Shown piece by piece: positions 49,184 through 58,932 of a stretch of 64,000 bases of DNA. A model generated the notes under the pieces. It was not told where the DNA came from, made no database searches, and saw only the letters and a list, made by a program, of their open reading frames with translations. Position numbers and translations under genes: made by a program. The stretch comes from an uncultured Spirochaetota bacterium (GTDB taxonomy: Bacteria > Spirochaetota > Brevinematia > Brevinematales > JAOACQ01), in the NCBI GenBank assembly GCA_963783575.1, contig CAWAOD010000014.1, forward strand, positions 256,001 to 320,000. The letters are read 5' to 3'. Every line of letters begins with the position of its first letter. Positions within the stretch are counted from its first letter, which is position 1.

Positions 49184-49954
49184 TTATTTTCCTAATCTTT
49201 TATTTACAATTTCAAGATCGATCTTTAACCCTTTTATTGTTTTTTCTTCTTCTCTGGGGATTTTTTCATCAAAAGACATATTCAGGGATTTTTCAATTTC
49301 TTCTTTAGCTTCGGCGTATTTTCCGTCGTTCATTAGCATTTCAGCATAGATTTGATGGACATAGCGATAGTCTTCGCCGTATTTCAGCGCGATTTGAATG
49401 TCCTTATACGACTGTTCCTTATTTCCGATGCTTAAGGGCCAGCCAGGTGCAAAATTGTAAGTCTGGGCGCGGATTGCCCATGGAAGACCGCGGAAGAAAT
49501 TAGTTTTTATTTCAATAACCTTTGTCATTTCGTCCTTAACTGTTCCAACACAGAAAAGACTATTCAAAATTCCGTTTGCCTGTGACCATAATCCGTATCC
49601 GGTAGCCTTCCAAAAGTGACCGTCAACGCCGTTCGGATTAAGTGCAATAGCTCTATCTGCATAATCTTTGGTTTTCCAGTAATATTCTTTTCTTTTATTT
49701 ATATTCGTTTCATAGATATCTCCCTCAAAGTATAATATTGCTGCATATTCCCAGTTTAAATCATAAGAATTGGAATTAGTAGACAATTCGTTACTGAGAT
49801 TTTCAAGAAGCTTTATATTTCCTTCATGCGTATTGCGCTCCATTGCAATATCTTCATCTAAAAATTCTTCTGTATTTAAACAGAATGACGGAGTGTTTAA
49901 AATTAATATACAATATAATACCCCGCACATTCTTAACATAATGATCCACCCCAA
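49184..49954 (-). CDS. Exported TPR-like protein (TatT/RMDN-like)
   Basis: Signal-like N-terminus; YADRAIALNPNGVDGHFWKA..G, APGWPLSIGN. Confidence 0.6.
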   Translation of the reverse strand: MGWIIMLRMCGVLYCILILNTPSFCLNTEEFLDEDIAMERNTHEGNIKLLENLSNELSTNSNSYDLNWEYAAILYFEGDIYETNINKRKEYYWKTKDYADRAIALNPNGVDGHFWKATGYGLWSQANGILNSLFCVGTVKDEMTKVIEIKTNFFRGLPWAIRAQTYNFAPGWPLSIGNKEQSYKDIQIALKYGEDYRYVHQIYAEMLMNDGKYAEAKEEIEKSLNMSFDEKIPREEEKTIKGLKIDLEIVNKRLGK

Positions 49955-49955
49955 A

Positions 49956-51467
49956 TTATATCATTAAAGATAACTTTTTATCATCATTTTGATTTATATT
50001 ACTGGAATTTATGGTTTCGGATTCGTTCATCTTCAAGAACTCGCCCCCCAATCTGAGAAGTTCTTCTTTTTTATTTAAATCCGGATTGTCAAGAACAAGC
50101 TGAAGCAGATGTTCAAGCATTATACCGATTATTTTTGATGGCTTCAATTTGAAATGCTCCATAATATCAAAGCCGTTAATCTTTAAATCGGTAACTTTCA
50201 GAGCATTATCGGCCTGGATTATTGAATCAATCCTCTTCCTGAATTTATTAAGTATATCCGTATCACCCATTTTCATCCCGCTTCCTATCCTGTCAGCTTT
50301 CCTTAGCTCAAATAAATCACTTAAAAATAAATAATCGCCGTTAATTTTTCTCAAAAAGCGTCTGACAGCCCCGTCGCTCCATTCTTCAGTATAATAGAAC
50401 ATATGCAGTTTAACAAGCTTTGAAACATAATTAATATCATTATTACTGAATTTTAATCTCTTCATTATTTTTTCAGCCAGTCTTTCCCCAATTATTTCAT
50501 GATTATAAAAAACATTCCCGTTTCCATTGTATATGGCAAAATTTTTGGCCCTTGCTTTACCGATGTCATGAAATAATGCGGCAAGTCTGACAATCGGTTT
50601 ATCCTTTGAGACTGCGTCACAGGTGTAAAGATTATGATAATAAATATCATGCTTATGGAATTCGTTTTGATCTATTGAATAACCTTCAAGAAGCTCAGGA
50701 ATAAAAAGATTGAGAAGACCTGATATTCGAAGATTTTCTAATCCAATGGAAGGTTTTCCTGATTTTAGCAATTTAATCAATTCATCATGCACTCTTTCCA
50801 TTGATACCATAGATACAATATTATGGACAATTGGAATGGCGTCAAGCGTATCCTTATCAATATTAAACTCCAATTGTGATGATAAACGGCAAGCTCTTAT
50901 AGGCCTTAATCCGTCCTCGCTGAATCGTTCCACAGGATTACCAACAGTTTTTATCAATCTATTATCAATATCTTTTAAACCGTTATAAAGATCGTAGATC
51001 TTTTTTTCCATAACATCATAAGCCAATGCGTTTATTGTAAAATCCCTTCTGGATAAATCTTCAGAAAGGGTGGTTGAAAACCGGACATTTTCCGGATGCC
51101 GTCCGTCTTTATAAATACCGTCGATTCTAAATGTTGTCATTTCGTATTTAGAGAAGCTTTTATCTTTTTCAATAATAATTGTTACCGTACCATGACTTAA
51201 ACCTGTCGGAACAGTAAATACCCTAGATTTGCCTTTTTCCTTAAATATCCTTATTACATCTTCCGGTTTTGCGCTGGTATTAAAATCGAAATCCGAATCT
51301 TTCAAATCTGTATTTTTGAAACCCCCGGCTAGAATAATGTCTCTGACTACACCCCCCACAAGGTAAACCTCAAAACCGTTTTTCTGTAATTTTTGAAAAA
51401 TATAGAGAATATCTTCGGGGACTTTTCCCTGAAAGAGATCGATTCTTTTATATTGAATGACGCTCAT
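49956..51467 (-). CDS. cca: CCA tRNA nucleotidyltransferase with HD domain
   Basis: YLVGGVVRD..DFDFNT, HGTVT, EDLSRRDFTINALA, RFSEDGLRPIRACR, ALFHDIGK. Confidence 0.9.
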   Translation of the reverse strand: MSVIQYKRIDLFQGKVPEDILYIFQKLQKNGFEVYLVGGVVRDIILAGGFKNTDLKDSDFDFNTSAKPEDVIRIFKEKGKSRVFTVPTGLSHGTVTIIIEKDKSFSKYEMTTFRIDGIYKDGRHPENVRFSTTLSEDLSRRDFTINALAYDVMEKKIYDLYNGLKDIDNRLIKTVGNPVERFSEDGLRPIRACRLSSQLEFNIDKDTLDAIPIVHNIVSMVSMERVHDELIKLLKSGKPSIGLENLRISGLLNLFIPELLEGYSIDQNEFHKHDIYYHNLYTCDAVSKDKPIVRLAALFHDIGKARAKNFAIYNGNGNVFYNHEIIGERLAEKIMKRLKFSNNDINYVSKLVKLHMFYYTEEWSDGAVRRFLRKINGDYLFLSDLFELRKADRIGSGMKMGDTDILNKFRKRIDSIIQADNALKVTDLKINGFDIMEHFKLKPSKIIGIMLEHLLQLVLDNPDLNKKEELLRLGGEFLKMNESETINSSNINQNDDKKLSLMI

Positions 51468-51469
51468 TT

Positions 51470-52144
51470 TTACCCCGATTTATGCCCCTGTTTCTGCAGA
51501 GCATATTTTACAAGTTCTTTAGAATTGTTAAAAATATAAATAATTTCAGGCTGTAAAATTCCAGCGCCAAGCAATACTTTTTCAGCCATTTCGTCACTGA
51601 TAAAGCCGCTTATTCCATGAGAATCCGTATCAATAACCATTTTTGCATTATGGGCTAATGCAAGCTTTGCCACATGGCCGTTGGTCAGGGAGTGCCCCTT
51701 CTTGGCCGTGATTTCGAGATGCACCCCGTTTTTATTTGCCAGTAGGGCTTCTTCTTCTGTAAGAAGACCCGGATGCCCAAGAATATCAACTTTAGCCCTT
51801 ATGGCGGCCATATTTGTACCTTTTCTCACCGGTTCGACAATAGTTTCTCCATGAACCACAACAATTGAAATGCCATGCCCCCTTGCATATTCGGTTAAAT
51901 CCCCTATTTCTTCAGGTAATACATGAGTCAGCTCTATACCTGAAAGGACCGTTATCTCATTCTGAAGATTATTCATATCAATTGCAAATTTAACCCCTTC
52001 CTTGCAAAGAATCTCAATATTGGAAGAATCTGTATGGTCTGTAATAGCTATGGCCTCATATCCTGCAATTAAAGCTCTTCTGATATGCTCGGCAGGAACA
52101 AGCTCCCCGTCGCTCCAGAGCGTGTGTGTATGCAAATCTATCAT
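51470..52144 (-). CDS. PHP-domain (histidinol-phosphatase-like) protein
   Basis: DLHTHTLWSDG, AITDH, GIELTHV, VHGETIVEPV, ILGHPG, DTDSH. Confidence 0.88.
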   Translation of the reverse strand: MIDLHTHTLWSDGELVPAEHIRRALIAGYEAIAITDHTDSSNIEILCKEGVKFAIDMNNLQNEITVLSGIELTHVLPEEIGDLTEYARGHGISIVVVHGETIVEPVRKGTNMAAIRAKVDILGHPGLLTEEEALLANKNGVHLEITAKKGHSLTNGHVAKLALAHNAKMVIDTDSHGISGFISDEMAEKVLLGAGILQPEIIYIFNNSKELVKYALQKQGHKSG

Positions 52145-52287
52145 AACTTCTCCATATTTTATTTCGGAAGTATAATATATTACTACTCGTTATTCCGAAT
52201 AAAATAACCTAATATATTACAGTAAAAAGCCAATTTTTGCAATCAAAAAGAAATATTGTGTAATATTGAAATTAGTAATTTAAATAT

Positions 52288-53457
52288 TTACGGTTTAAAT
52301 TGGCCTGCATAATGGCATGAAACAAGATGATCCTTCTCAATTTCAAGTAAAGGCGGAGTAATTATATCACAAATCCCTATTTTTGCGATCGGACAGCGCG
52401 GATGGAAAGAACAGCCCGGAGGTGGATTTAATGGGCTTGGAACATCACCTTTTAAAATAACCCTGTTTTTTTTAATTTCAGGGTCAGGTACGGGATTAGC
52501 CGACATTAAAGACACTGTATATGGGTGAAGCGGCTTTTTAAATAACTCATCGGAACCGGCTGATTCGGATATTTTTCCAAGATACATAACGGCGATACGG
52601 TTTGAAAGATGTTTAACAAGAGACAGATCATGTGAAATGAAGATATATGTTAAATCGAACTCTTTCTGCAGATCGCTTAAAAGATTGAGAATCTGAGCCC
52701 TTACTGAAACGTCAAGCGCCGACACGGCCTCATCGGCAATTATCATTTTCGGTTTTAAGGCTAATGCCCTTGCAATGCCGATCCTCTGTCTTTGCCCGCC
52801 GGAAAATTGGTGCGGATAACGTGTTAAATATTCGTTAGAAAGCCCTACTTTATCAAGCAGACCGGATACTATTTCTTCAATATTTTTAATATTATTGATA
52901 AATAAACCTTCGGCAATGATATCTTTTATTTTCATCCTCGGATTTAATGACGAATAAGGATCTTGAAAAATGATTTGAGCGTTTTTTCTGAAATATTTCT
53001 TTTTTTCATTCCCTCTTGTAAAAAATTCTTCCATCAGACCTGATGTTCCTTTTTTTAGATACAAAGCGGCGTAATTTCTGTCTGCTGCGGTTTCAAGATG
53101 TTCTAATATCATATCTTCCGTTTTAAATTCTTTTATTAATATCTTGAATCTTTGAACATAATGATTATTTATATAATTCTTTGCCCGCATTCCGGACATA
53201 AATAAAGGAGTAGTATCAATATCTTCGAAAAATATTTTTCCGGCAGTAGGATCAAATAGCCTTAAAATCGACATGCCAAGCGTGCTTTTACCGCATCCCG
53301 ATTCCCCGACAAGCCCTAAAGTTTCACCCTGGAAAACCTCCAGCGATACACCATCAACTGCTTTAACATGAGCAAATGTTCTTTTAAAAACACCTTTTTG
53401 AACCGGGAAGTGTTTTTTAATATTTTCTATCCTGAGTAAAGGTTTTCTTTTTTCCAC
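52288..53457 (-). CDS. oppF: Oligopeptide/dipeptide ABC transporter ATP-binding protein (OppF) with helical insertion
   Basis: GESGCGKST, IFQDPYSSLNP, YPHQFSGGQRQR, HPYT, PPPGCSFHPRCP. Confidence 0.88.
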   Translation of the reverse strand: MEKRKPLLRIENIKKHFPVQKGVFKRTFAHVKAVDGVSLEVFQGETLGLVGESGCGKSTLGMSILRLFDPTAGKIFFEDIDTTPLFMSGMRAKNYINNHYVQRFKILIKEFKTEDMILEHLETAADRNYAALYLKKGTSGLMEEFFTRGNEKKKYFRKNAQIIFQDPYSSLNPRMKIKDIIAEGLFINNIKNIEEIVSGLLDKVGLSNEYLTRYPHQFSGGQRQRIGIARALALKPKMIIADEAVSALDVSVRAQILNLLSDLQKEFDLTYIFISHDLSLVKHLSNRIAVMYLGKISESAGSDELFKKPLHPYTVSLMSANPVPDPEIKKNRVILKGDVPSPLNPPPGCSFHPRCPIAKIGICDIITPPLLEIEKDHLVSCHYAGQFKP

Positions 53458-54474
53458 TTAATTAATTTCCTTTTTCCTGATTTTATCTATTTCCTCAATA
53501 AGGCGGTCAATATGCCAGCAACGCGAAAGATGTCCGGTTTCAGCTTCAAACATCGCAGGATGTTCATCTCCGCATTTTTGTGTCGATAAAAAACAACGGT
53601 CTGAAAATTTGCATCCGGCCGGAAAGTTTGACGCGGAAGGAACATTGCCGGGAATAGACCATAATCTTTCACGTTTCACATCTATCCTGGTTATAGAGTT
53701 TATTAATCCCCAAGTATAGGGATGGAGGGGATTTTTATAAATCGATTTTGTCAGGCCTGTTTCCATCTCTTCTCCGCCGTACATTACGATTGCCCTATCG
53801 GTAATTTCAGCGATAATACCAAGATCATGAGTGATAAAAATTATAGCCATCCCATACTGGTTCTGCAAATCCTTCATAAGTTCGAGTATCTGCGCCTGAA
53901 TGGTTACATCAAGTGATGTTGTCGGCTCATCGGCAATAAGTATCGCCGGATTGCATGATAAAGCCATCGCTATCATAGCCCTCTGCCGCATCCCTCCGGA
54001 TAATTCATGAGGATACCGGCCAAGACATTTTCCGGGTTCCGGTATTCCGGTTTTCCTGAGTAATTCTTCGGCCTTATCCCTTGATTCTTTTTTACTCATA
54101 CCAAGATGGAGTTCCATCGGTTCCTGTATCTGAAAACCGACGGTAAACACAGGATTCATAGCAGTCATCGGTTCCTGAAAAATCATCGCTATTTCTTTAC
54201 CCCGTATCTTCTGCATTTCATGATCTGTTAATTTAACTATATCACTGCCTTTATAAATGATTTCACCGCTTTCAATAAAACCGTTTTCATCAAGGATGCG
54301 GAGGATACTTAGTGAAGTAACGGATTTCCCTGATCCCGATTCGCCTACTATCCCAAGAGTCTCTCCCCTGTGCAGATCGAAGTCTATGCCGTTCACTGCT
54401 TTGATAATACCGGCGTCGGAATTGAAATAGACTTTTAAGTTTCTAACACTCAATAAAATGTCTTTATCTTCCAT
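53458..54474 (-). CDS. oppD: Oligopeptide/dipeptide ABC transporter ATP-binding protein (OppD)
   Basis: GESGSGKSVT, IFQEPMTAMNP, YPHELSGGMRQR, DEPTTSLDVTIQAQ. Confidence 0.9.
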   Translation of the reverse strand: MEDKDILLSVRNLKVYFNSDAGIIKAVNGIDFDLHRGETLGIVGESGSGKSVTSLSILRILDENGFIESGEIIYKGSDIVKLTDHEMQKIRGKEIAMIFQEPMTAMNPVFTVGFQIQEPMELHLGMSKKESRDKAEELLRKTGIPEPGKCLGRYPHELSGGMRQRAMIAMALSCNPAILIADEPTTSLDVTIQAQILELMKDLQNQYGMAIIFITHDLGIIAEITDRAIVMYGGEEMETGLTKSIYKNPLHPYTWGLINSITRIDVKRERLWSIPGNVPSASNFPAGCKFSDRCFLSTQKCGDEHPAMFEAETGHLSRCWHIDRLIEEIDKIRKKEIN

Positions 54475-55799
54475 TACAACCTCATTTTCGGGTCAAAAAT
54501 ATCCCTCAGCGCGTCCCCGACAAGATTCCAGGATAATACAAAAAAGACCATTATCGTACCGGGAAAAAGAATTGTAAACCAGTACTGGAAAGGATTTGAA
54601 CCGCCGCTGAGCATCCAGTTCCTTCCGTAAGAGAGTATCGATCCCCAGTCCGCGTAACCCTGGGGCGCCCCGATTCCAAGGAAGCTCAAGGCAGCGGCTG
54701 TTATGACTATTGAACCTATCCGCATTGATGCGAGCACAATTACAGGAAATATAGAATTCGGCAGGATATGCCGGATGATAATCATCCAGCCCGGAGTTCC
54801 CAGAGCCCTGGAAGCCAGAACATACTGCTCATTCTTTGTCTGGAGGATATTTCCACGGATAAGACGCGCGGTACCCATCCAGCCGAATATGATCAGTGAA
54901 AAAACAACCTTGTCAAGACCGGTGCCAAGAATTGTTGTCAGGACAATTGCGGAAAGGGTGTATGGTATTGACAGGAACATATCGACAATCCTCATAAGGA
55001 TTTCATCCAGCCATCCGCCGTAGTAAGCGCAAATCGACCCCACAAACAAACCTATTATTGTTGAAACAAACGTGACAAGAATCCCAATTTTAAAAGCGTT
55101 CTGGGTTCCCCAGACAACGCCGTAAAAAATATCCCGTCCGTTGCATATGCCGAAAGGATATTTTATGGTCGGCGGCTGAGGCTCCGTTATCCATGTAACA
55201 ATTGGCATAAGATACGGATCAAAATTCATCATTTTCCTGTATATATTTTCCATCCGGTTGTAAACCCGGATTGCTTTTATCCGGAATTCACTCTCAGTTT
55301 GATTATCAAGCCCCGAAATTAATTTTGCCGCTTCCGCGGATTGAACTGTCCTCATGGCATATTTGGCGATTTCGGCTTTCAGATCGTCTATAGCCTGGCG
55401 GCGGTTTGTCTGCCAGTTTTGTAAATAAGACTTGTCAAGTACAAAATTATCAACAAGTTCCTGAAGATTGGTTAATAAAACCGTTTCAACAACGGCGGAT
55501 TTACTGTAAGTTTTAATTTCGCTTCCCAGCAGCTGCATGGAGTTATTATTAGAAACATAATATTCAAACATTGAAGCATTGAATTCACGGAAGGCCTGCA
55601 TTATTTCAGTCATACCGGCTTTATCGGCGATTAACTTTTTTGCCTTAACCAAAGAAGGTTCCTGCTGGAACTTAAATGGCGAGATTAAAGGCGCCAATAT
55701 CCCGATAAAGATGAATAATATCAAAACTATCAGGCCGAACATTGCCGAGGAATTGTTTCTGAACTTACGGATAATATTAAGCCATTCTTCTCTATTCAT
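54474..55799 (-). CDS. oppC: Peptide ABC permease (OppC) with a large extracytoplasmic insertion
   Basis: GRDIFYGVVWG, GGWLDEILMRIVD, ARLIRG..EQYVLASRALG..RHILPN, GDALRDIFDPK. Confidence 0.88.
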   Translation of the reverse strand: MNREEWLNIIRKFRNNSSAMFGLIVLILFIFIGILAPLISPFKFQQEPSLVKAKKLIADKAGMTEIMQAFREFNASMFEYYVSNNNSMQLLGSEIKTYSKSAVVETVLLTNLQELVDNFVLDKSYLQNWQTNRRQAIDDLKAEIAKYAMRTVQSAEAAKLISGLDNQTESEFRIKAIRVYNRMENIYRKMMNFDPYLMPIVTWITEPQPPTIKYPFGICNGRDIFYGVVWGTQNAFKIGILVTFVSTIIGLFVGSICAYYGGWLDEILMRIVDMFLSIPYTLSAIVLTTILGTGLDKVVFSLIIFGWMGTARLIRGNILQTKNEQYVLASRALGTPGWMIIIRHILPNSIFPVIVLASMRIGSIVITAAALSFLGIGAPQGYADWGSILSYGRNWMLSGGSNPFQYWFTILFPGTIMVFFVLSWNLVGDALRDIFDPKMRL

Positions 55800-55807
55800 T
55801 AAAAATC

Positions 55808-56845
55808 CTAACTTAATCGAATTCTCGGGTCTATAACGGCATAGCTTATATCTACGATCAGGTTGCCGAAAATTAATATAAATGACGAGAAAACCAGACA
55901 GCCCATTATAGAGGCGTAATCAAGCTGCCTTGCCGCCATTGCGGCAAAACTTCCCAGGCCGGGACGGTTAAAAACCGTTTCAACAATAATCACTTCCATA
56001 AAAAGGCCGATGATTGTCTGGCCTGCGACTGTCGCTACAGGAATAAGGGCATTCCTCCTTGCATGAACAAAAATTACCGTATGCTCTGATAGCCCTTTGG
56101 CCCTGGCAGTTCTCACATAATCTTTCTGCAAGACCTCAAGCATAGCTGAACGTGTTATCCTCAGTAAATAAGCCCACCACAGGTATGATAAAGTTATTAC
56201 CGGCCCGATTATATGGCGGAGATCGTCCCACAAAATATCAAGCCTGCCGTTCAGGATGGAATCTATAGTAATAATGCCCGAAAAATGCCTGAAACTGCCG
56301 GATCTTAAAACCTCTTCGGCCCAGTTGCTGAGAAGCCCCGGCGGGAACCATCCCAGAAACAGGTAAAACAGCATTAACACCAGAATACCGAAGACATAAT
56401 CGGGAAAAGACCAGCCTACAATCGCGAAAATCCTTATCGATTGATCGAGAGCTGAATTGTGATGTACCGCGGATTTTATTCCAAGCCAGATCCCGATACC
56501 GATGATAGGTATTATTGAATAAAGCGCCAATTCCAGAGTGTATGGAAGCCTGTGAACCAGGGCATCGAGAACCGGCTCCTTTCCGACCAGAGACCATCCC
56601 AGATCTCCCCTGACGGTATTTCCAAGCCATTTACCGTAGCGGATGACAAACGGGTCGTTTAAACCGTATTTTTGTTTGATCTTTTCAAGGTCATCGGACG
56701 ATAATGTCCTGAGCATGTTTTCATTGACATAAGCCGCCAGAAGTTTATCCGGGCCGAGAACCTGGATCATCGAGAACATTATTATAGTTACCCCGAGCAT
56801 AATGACCGGTAAAATCAGAAGCCTGCGGATTATATAAGAAGTCAA
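55808..56845 (-). CDS. oppB: Peptide ABC permease (OppB)
   Basis: YIIRRLL, GDLGWS, RITRSAMLEVLQKDYVRTARAKGL..HARRNA, ETVFNRPGLG, IDPRIR. Confidence 0.9.
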   Translation of the reverse strand: MTSYIIRRLLILPVIMLGVTIIMFSMIQVLGPDKLLAAYVNENMLRTLSSDDLEKIKQKYGLNDPFVIRYGKWLGNTVRGDLGWSLVGKEPVLDALVHRLPYTLELALYSIIPIIGIGIWLGIKSAVHHNSALDQSIRIFAIVGWSFPDYVFGILVLMLFYLFLGWFPPGLLSNWAEEVLRSGSFRHFSGIITIDSILNGRLDILWDDLRHIIGPVITLSYLWWAYLLRITRSAMLEVLQKDYVRTARAKGLSEHTVIFVHARRNALIPVATVAGQTIIGLFMEVIIVETVFNRPGLGSFAAMAARQLDYASIMGCLVFSSFILIFGNLIVDISYAVIDPRIRLS

Positions 56846-56862
56846 TGGATCCTCCGGTTTCG

Positions 56863-58752
56863 TTAAATTGATTTTGATAACTGGATGTATTCGAAGAAAT
56901 CAGATCCCCTCATAGGATTGCTGATAAAACCCTTTATCCTATCATTCATAAGATTCATTCCTATATTAAGATAAAGCGGTAAATTGACCCCGTCAGCATT
57001 AACAATCTGCTGAATTTTAATATAAAGATCAGCTCTTTTTGCTTCATCCAGGGTTGTTGAAGCTTCGTTAATAGCCTCATCAAGGCTTTTTCCGCCGAGA
57101 GGCGGTATCTTTGAGGATGCGTATTTTTTGTAATCATCGCCGTAGAATCTTCCATAATCTCCGTAAGAACTGTAATATGTATAAATGAAATTATTCGGGT
57201 CCGGGTAATCCGCCTGCCACCCTATAACGTAAAAGGGCATTGTCCTGTTCTTTTGAGCATCCAGGTACGTCGGCCAATCGACCCCTCGGACATCCACCTG
57301 GAATTTCGGATTAATCTTCGCCAGATTGTTGCGCATCATTTCAGCAAGTTTCTGCCTTGTATCGTTTCCATTATTATAAAGCAAGATCATTTTAAAACCA
57401 GCGCTCCACAACTTTCCCTTAAAGGCCTTTTTAAAATAATCCGAAGCCTTATTTAAATCAAATACATATTTCGGTATTTTTTCACTGTAACCGATGAAAG
57501 TATCGGGCAGGCAAGTTCCGATCCTTTTACCGAGCCCATGCAGGACGTCTCTAATGAATGTGTCCGCGTCGTAGGAATAGATAAACCCGAGCCGCACATT
57601 CTTATCCGAAAAGAAATCGGGAGGAATACCGTCGCCATCAAGTTTCCCGCTGCCTATATATTTGGAGTCCGGATTTACGTTCCAGGTTGTTTGAACTGCT
57701 GTTAGGCTCATGGTTGTTAGATTTTCATTAAGAACCGTTCCTTTTTTGCCTTTTACCTGGTCTATATATTGGGGGTCAACATAGATGATATCGGCCTCCC
57801 CTTTTTCCAGCATTGCAAGCCGGGTTGACCACTCGTCGACTCCCTGAATTATAATTCTTTTAACGGAGGCAGGACCCTTCCAGTAATTTTCATTCCGTTC
57901 GAGGGTTAGTTTTTTCTGCGCCCTGTCCCAGCTGATCAATTTGTACGGGCCGGAACCCATGGCGGCAGCATAAAGCGATGAATCTTCCTTTTTCATATTA
58001 TGTGTTTTCCACCATTCTTTTGATGTTCCATCCCACATGCCTTTCTGCTTTATGCAGCAGTTTTTATCAAGGATAGCTGAAAAAGATGCGTACTGAGCCA
58101 TAATATTTAAAAATGGCGGAAATACCTTTTTAAGATGAAATATAACCAAGTCACCTTTAACTTCAACTACCGGTTCAATAATATCTCTGTAAAAACTTTC
58201 CAGTTTGTCGGTATATTGAGGCTTCACATTACCTTTATCATCAAAGATTTCATTCCAGGGTTTACCAAGATATTTTTCAACCATAGGCTCAAGGCCGTTT
58301 GAATTTAACAATGGGTCGAAGAATATCCAGGTAGGCCCGCCTAGCGGAGAAAAGACAAGCGCTCTTCTAAAGGAATACGCCACATCCTCGGCAGTTAAAT
58401 CATCCCCGCTCCAGAACTTTATTCCTTTTCTTATTTTAAATATATAAGTTTTTCCACCGTCTTTTATACCGCCGTTTTTTATCGTCGGTACTTCAAGAGA
58501 AACTCTCGGCAGGAATTCTTTTACGCTTGAGCCTTTGTATTCGAGGAGCATATCATACATATTTAAAATTACTTCAGCGCCTGCTGTTTCATAATCAAAA
58601 TGGGGATCAAGCGAATCCGGTTCGCCGATTGTCAGATTAACTATTGTATCCTGTCCCGTTTTGCTGAAGATATTTGAAAAGGATGTAGTAAATATTAAAA
58701 TCGAATAAATAAAAATTACACCAGATATTTTAAAATTTCGAAATTTTCTCAT
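56863..58752 (-). CDS. oppA: Family 5 ABC substrate-binding protein (OppA/DppA-like)
   Basis: EPDSLDPH, TYIFKIRKGIKF..LTAEDVAYSF, GSGPYKL, LERNENYW, GWQADYPDP. Confidence 0.88.
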   Translation of the reverse strand: MRKFRNFKISGVIFIYSILIFTTSFSNIFSKTGQDTIVNLTIGEPDSLDPHFDYETAGAEVILNMYDMLLEYKGSSVKEFLPRVSLEVPTIKNGGIKDGGKTYIFKIRKGIKFWSGDDLTAEDVAYSFRRALVFSPLGGPTWIFFDPLLNSNGLEPMVEKYLGKPWNEIFDDKGNVKPQYTDKLESFYRDIIEPVVEVKGDLVIFHLKKVFPPFLNIMAQYASFSAILDKNCCIKQKGMWDGTSKEWWKTHNMKKEDSSLYAAAMGSGPYKLISWDRAQKKLTLERNENYWKGPASVKRIIIQGVDEWSTRLAMLEKGEADIIYVDPQYIDQVKGKKGTVLNENLTTMSLTAVQTTWNVNPDSKYIGSGKLDGDGIPPDFFSDKNVRLGFIYSYDADTFIRDVLHGLGKRIGTCLPDTFIGYSEKIPKYVFDLNKASDYFKKAFKGKLWSAGFKMILLYNNGNDTRQKLAEMMRNNLAKINPKFQVDVRGVDWPTYLDAQKNRTMPFYVIGWQADYPDPNNFIYTYYSSYGDYGRFYGDDYKKYASSKIPPLGGKSLDEAINEASTTLDEAKRADLYIKIQQIVNADGVNLPLYLNIGMNLMNDRIKGFISNPMRGSDFFEYIQLSKSI

Positions 58753-58932
58753 AATAACCCTCTTTTATTCAATTTTAATATTGACATAAGTTTTAGATCA
58801 AATAAGTTGTTAAATTAAAACTACGAAAGGTTTCTATACTAAAGCCTTTACACCATAATTATTGAGTATATTTTCTATTAACCGGGGGTTTTTGTCAATA
58901 TATGTCAAATATAACCGGAATTTATTAATTAC

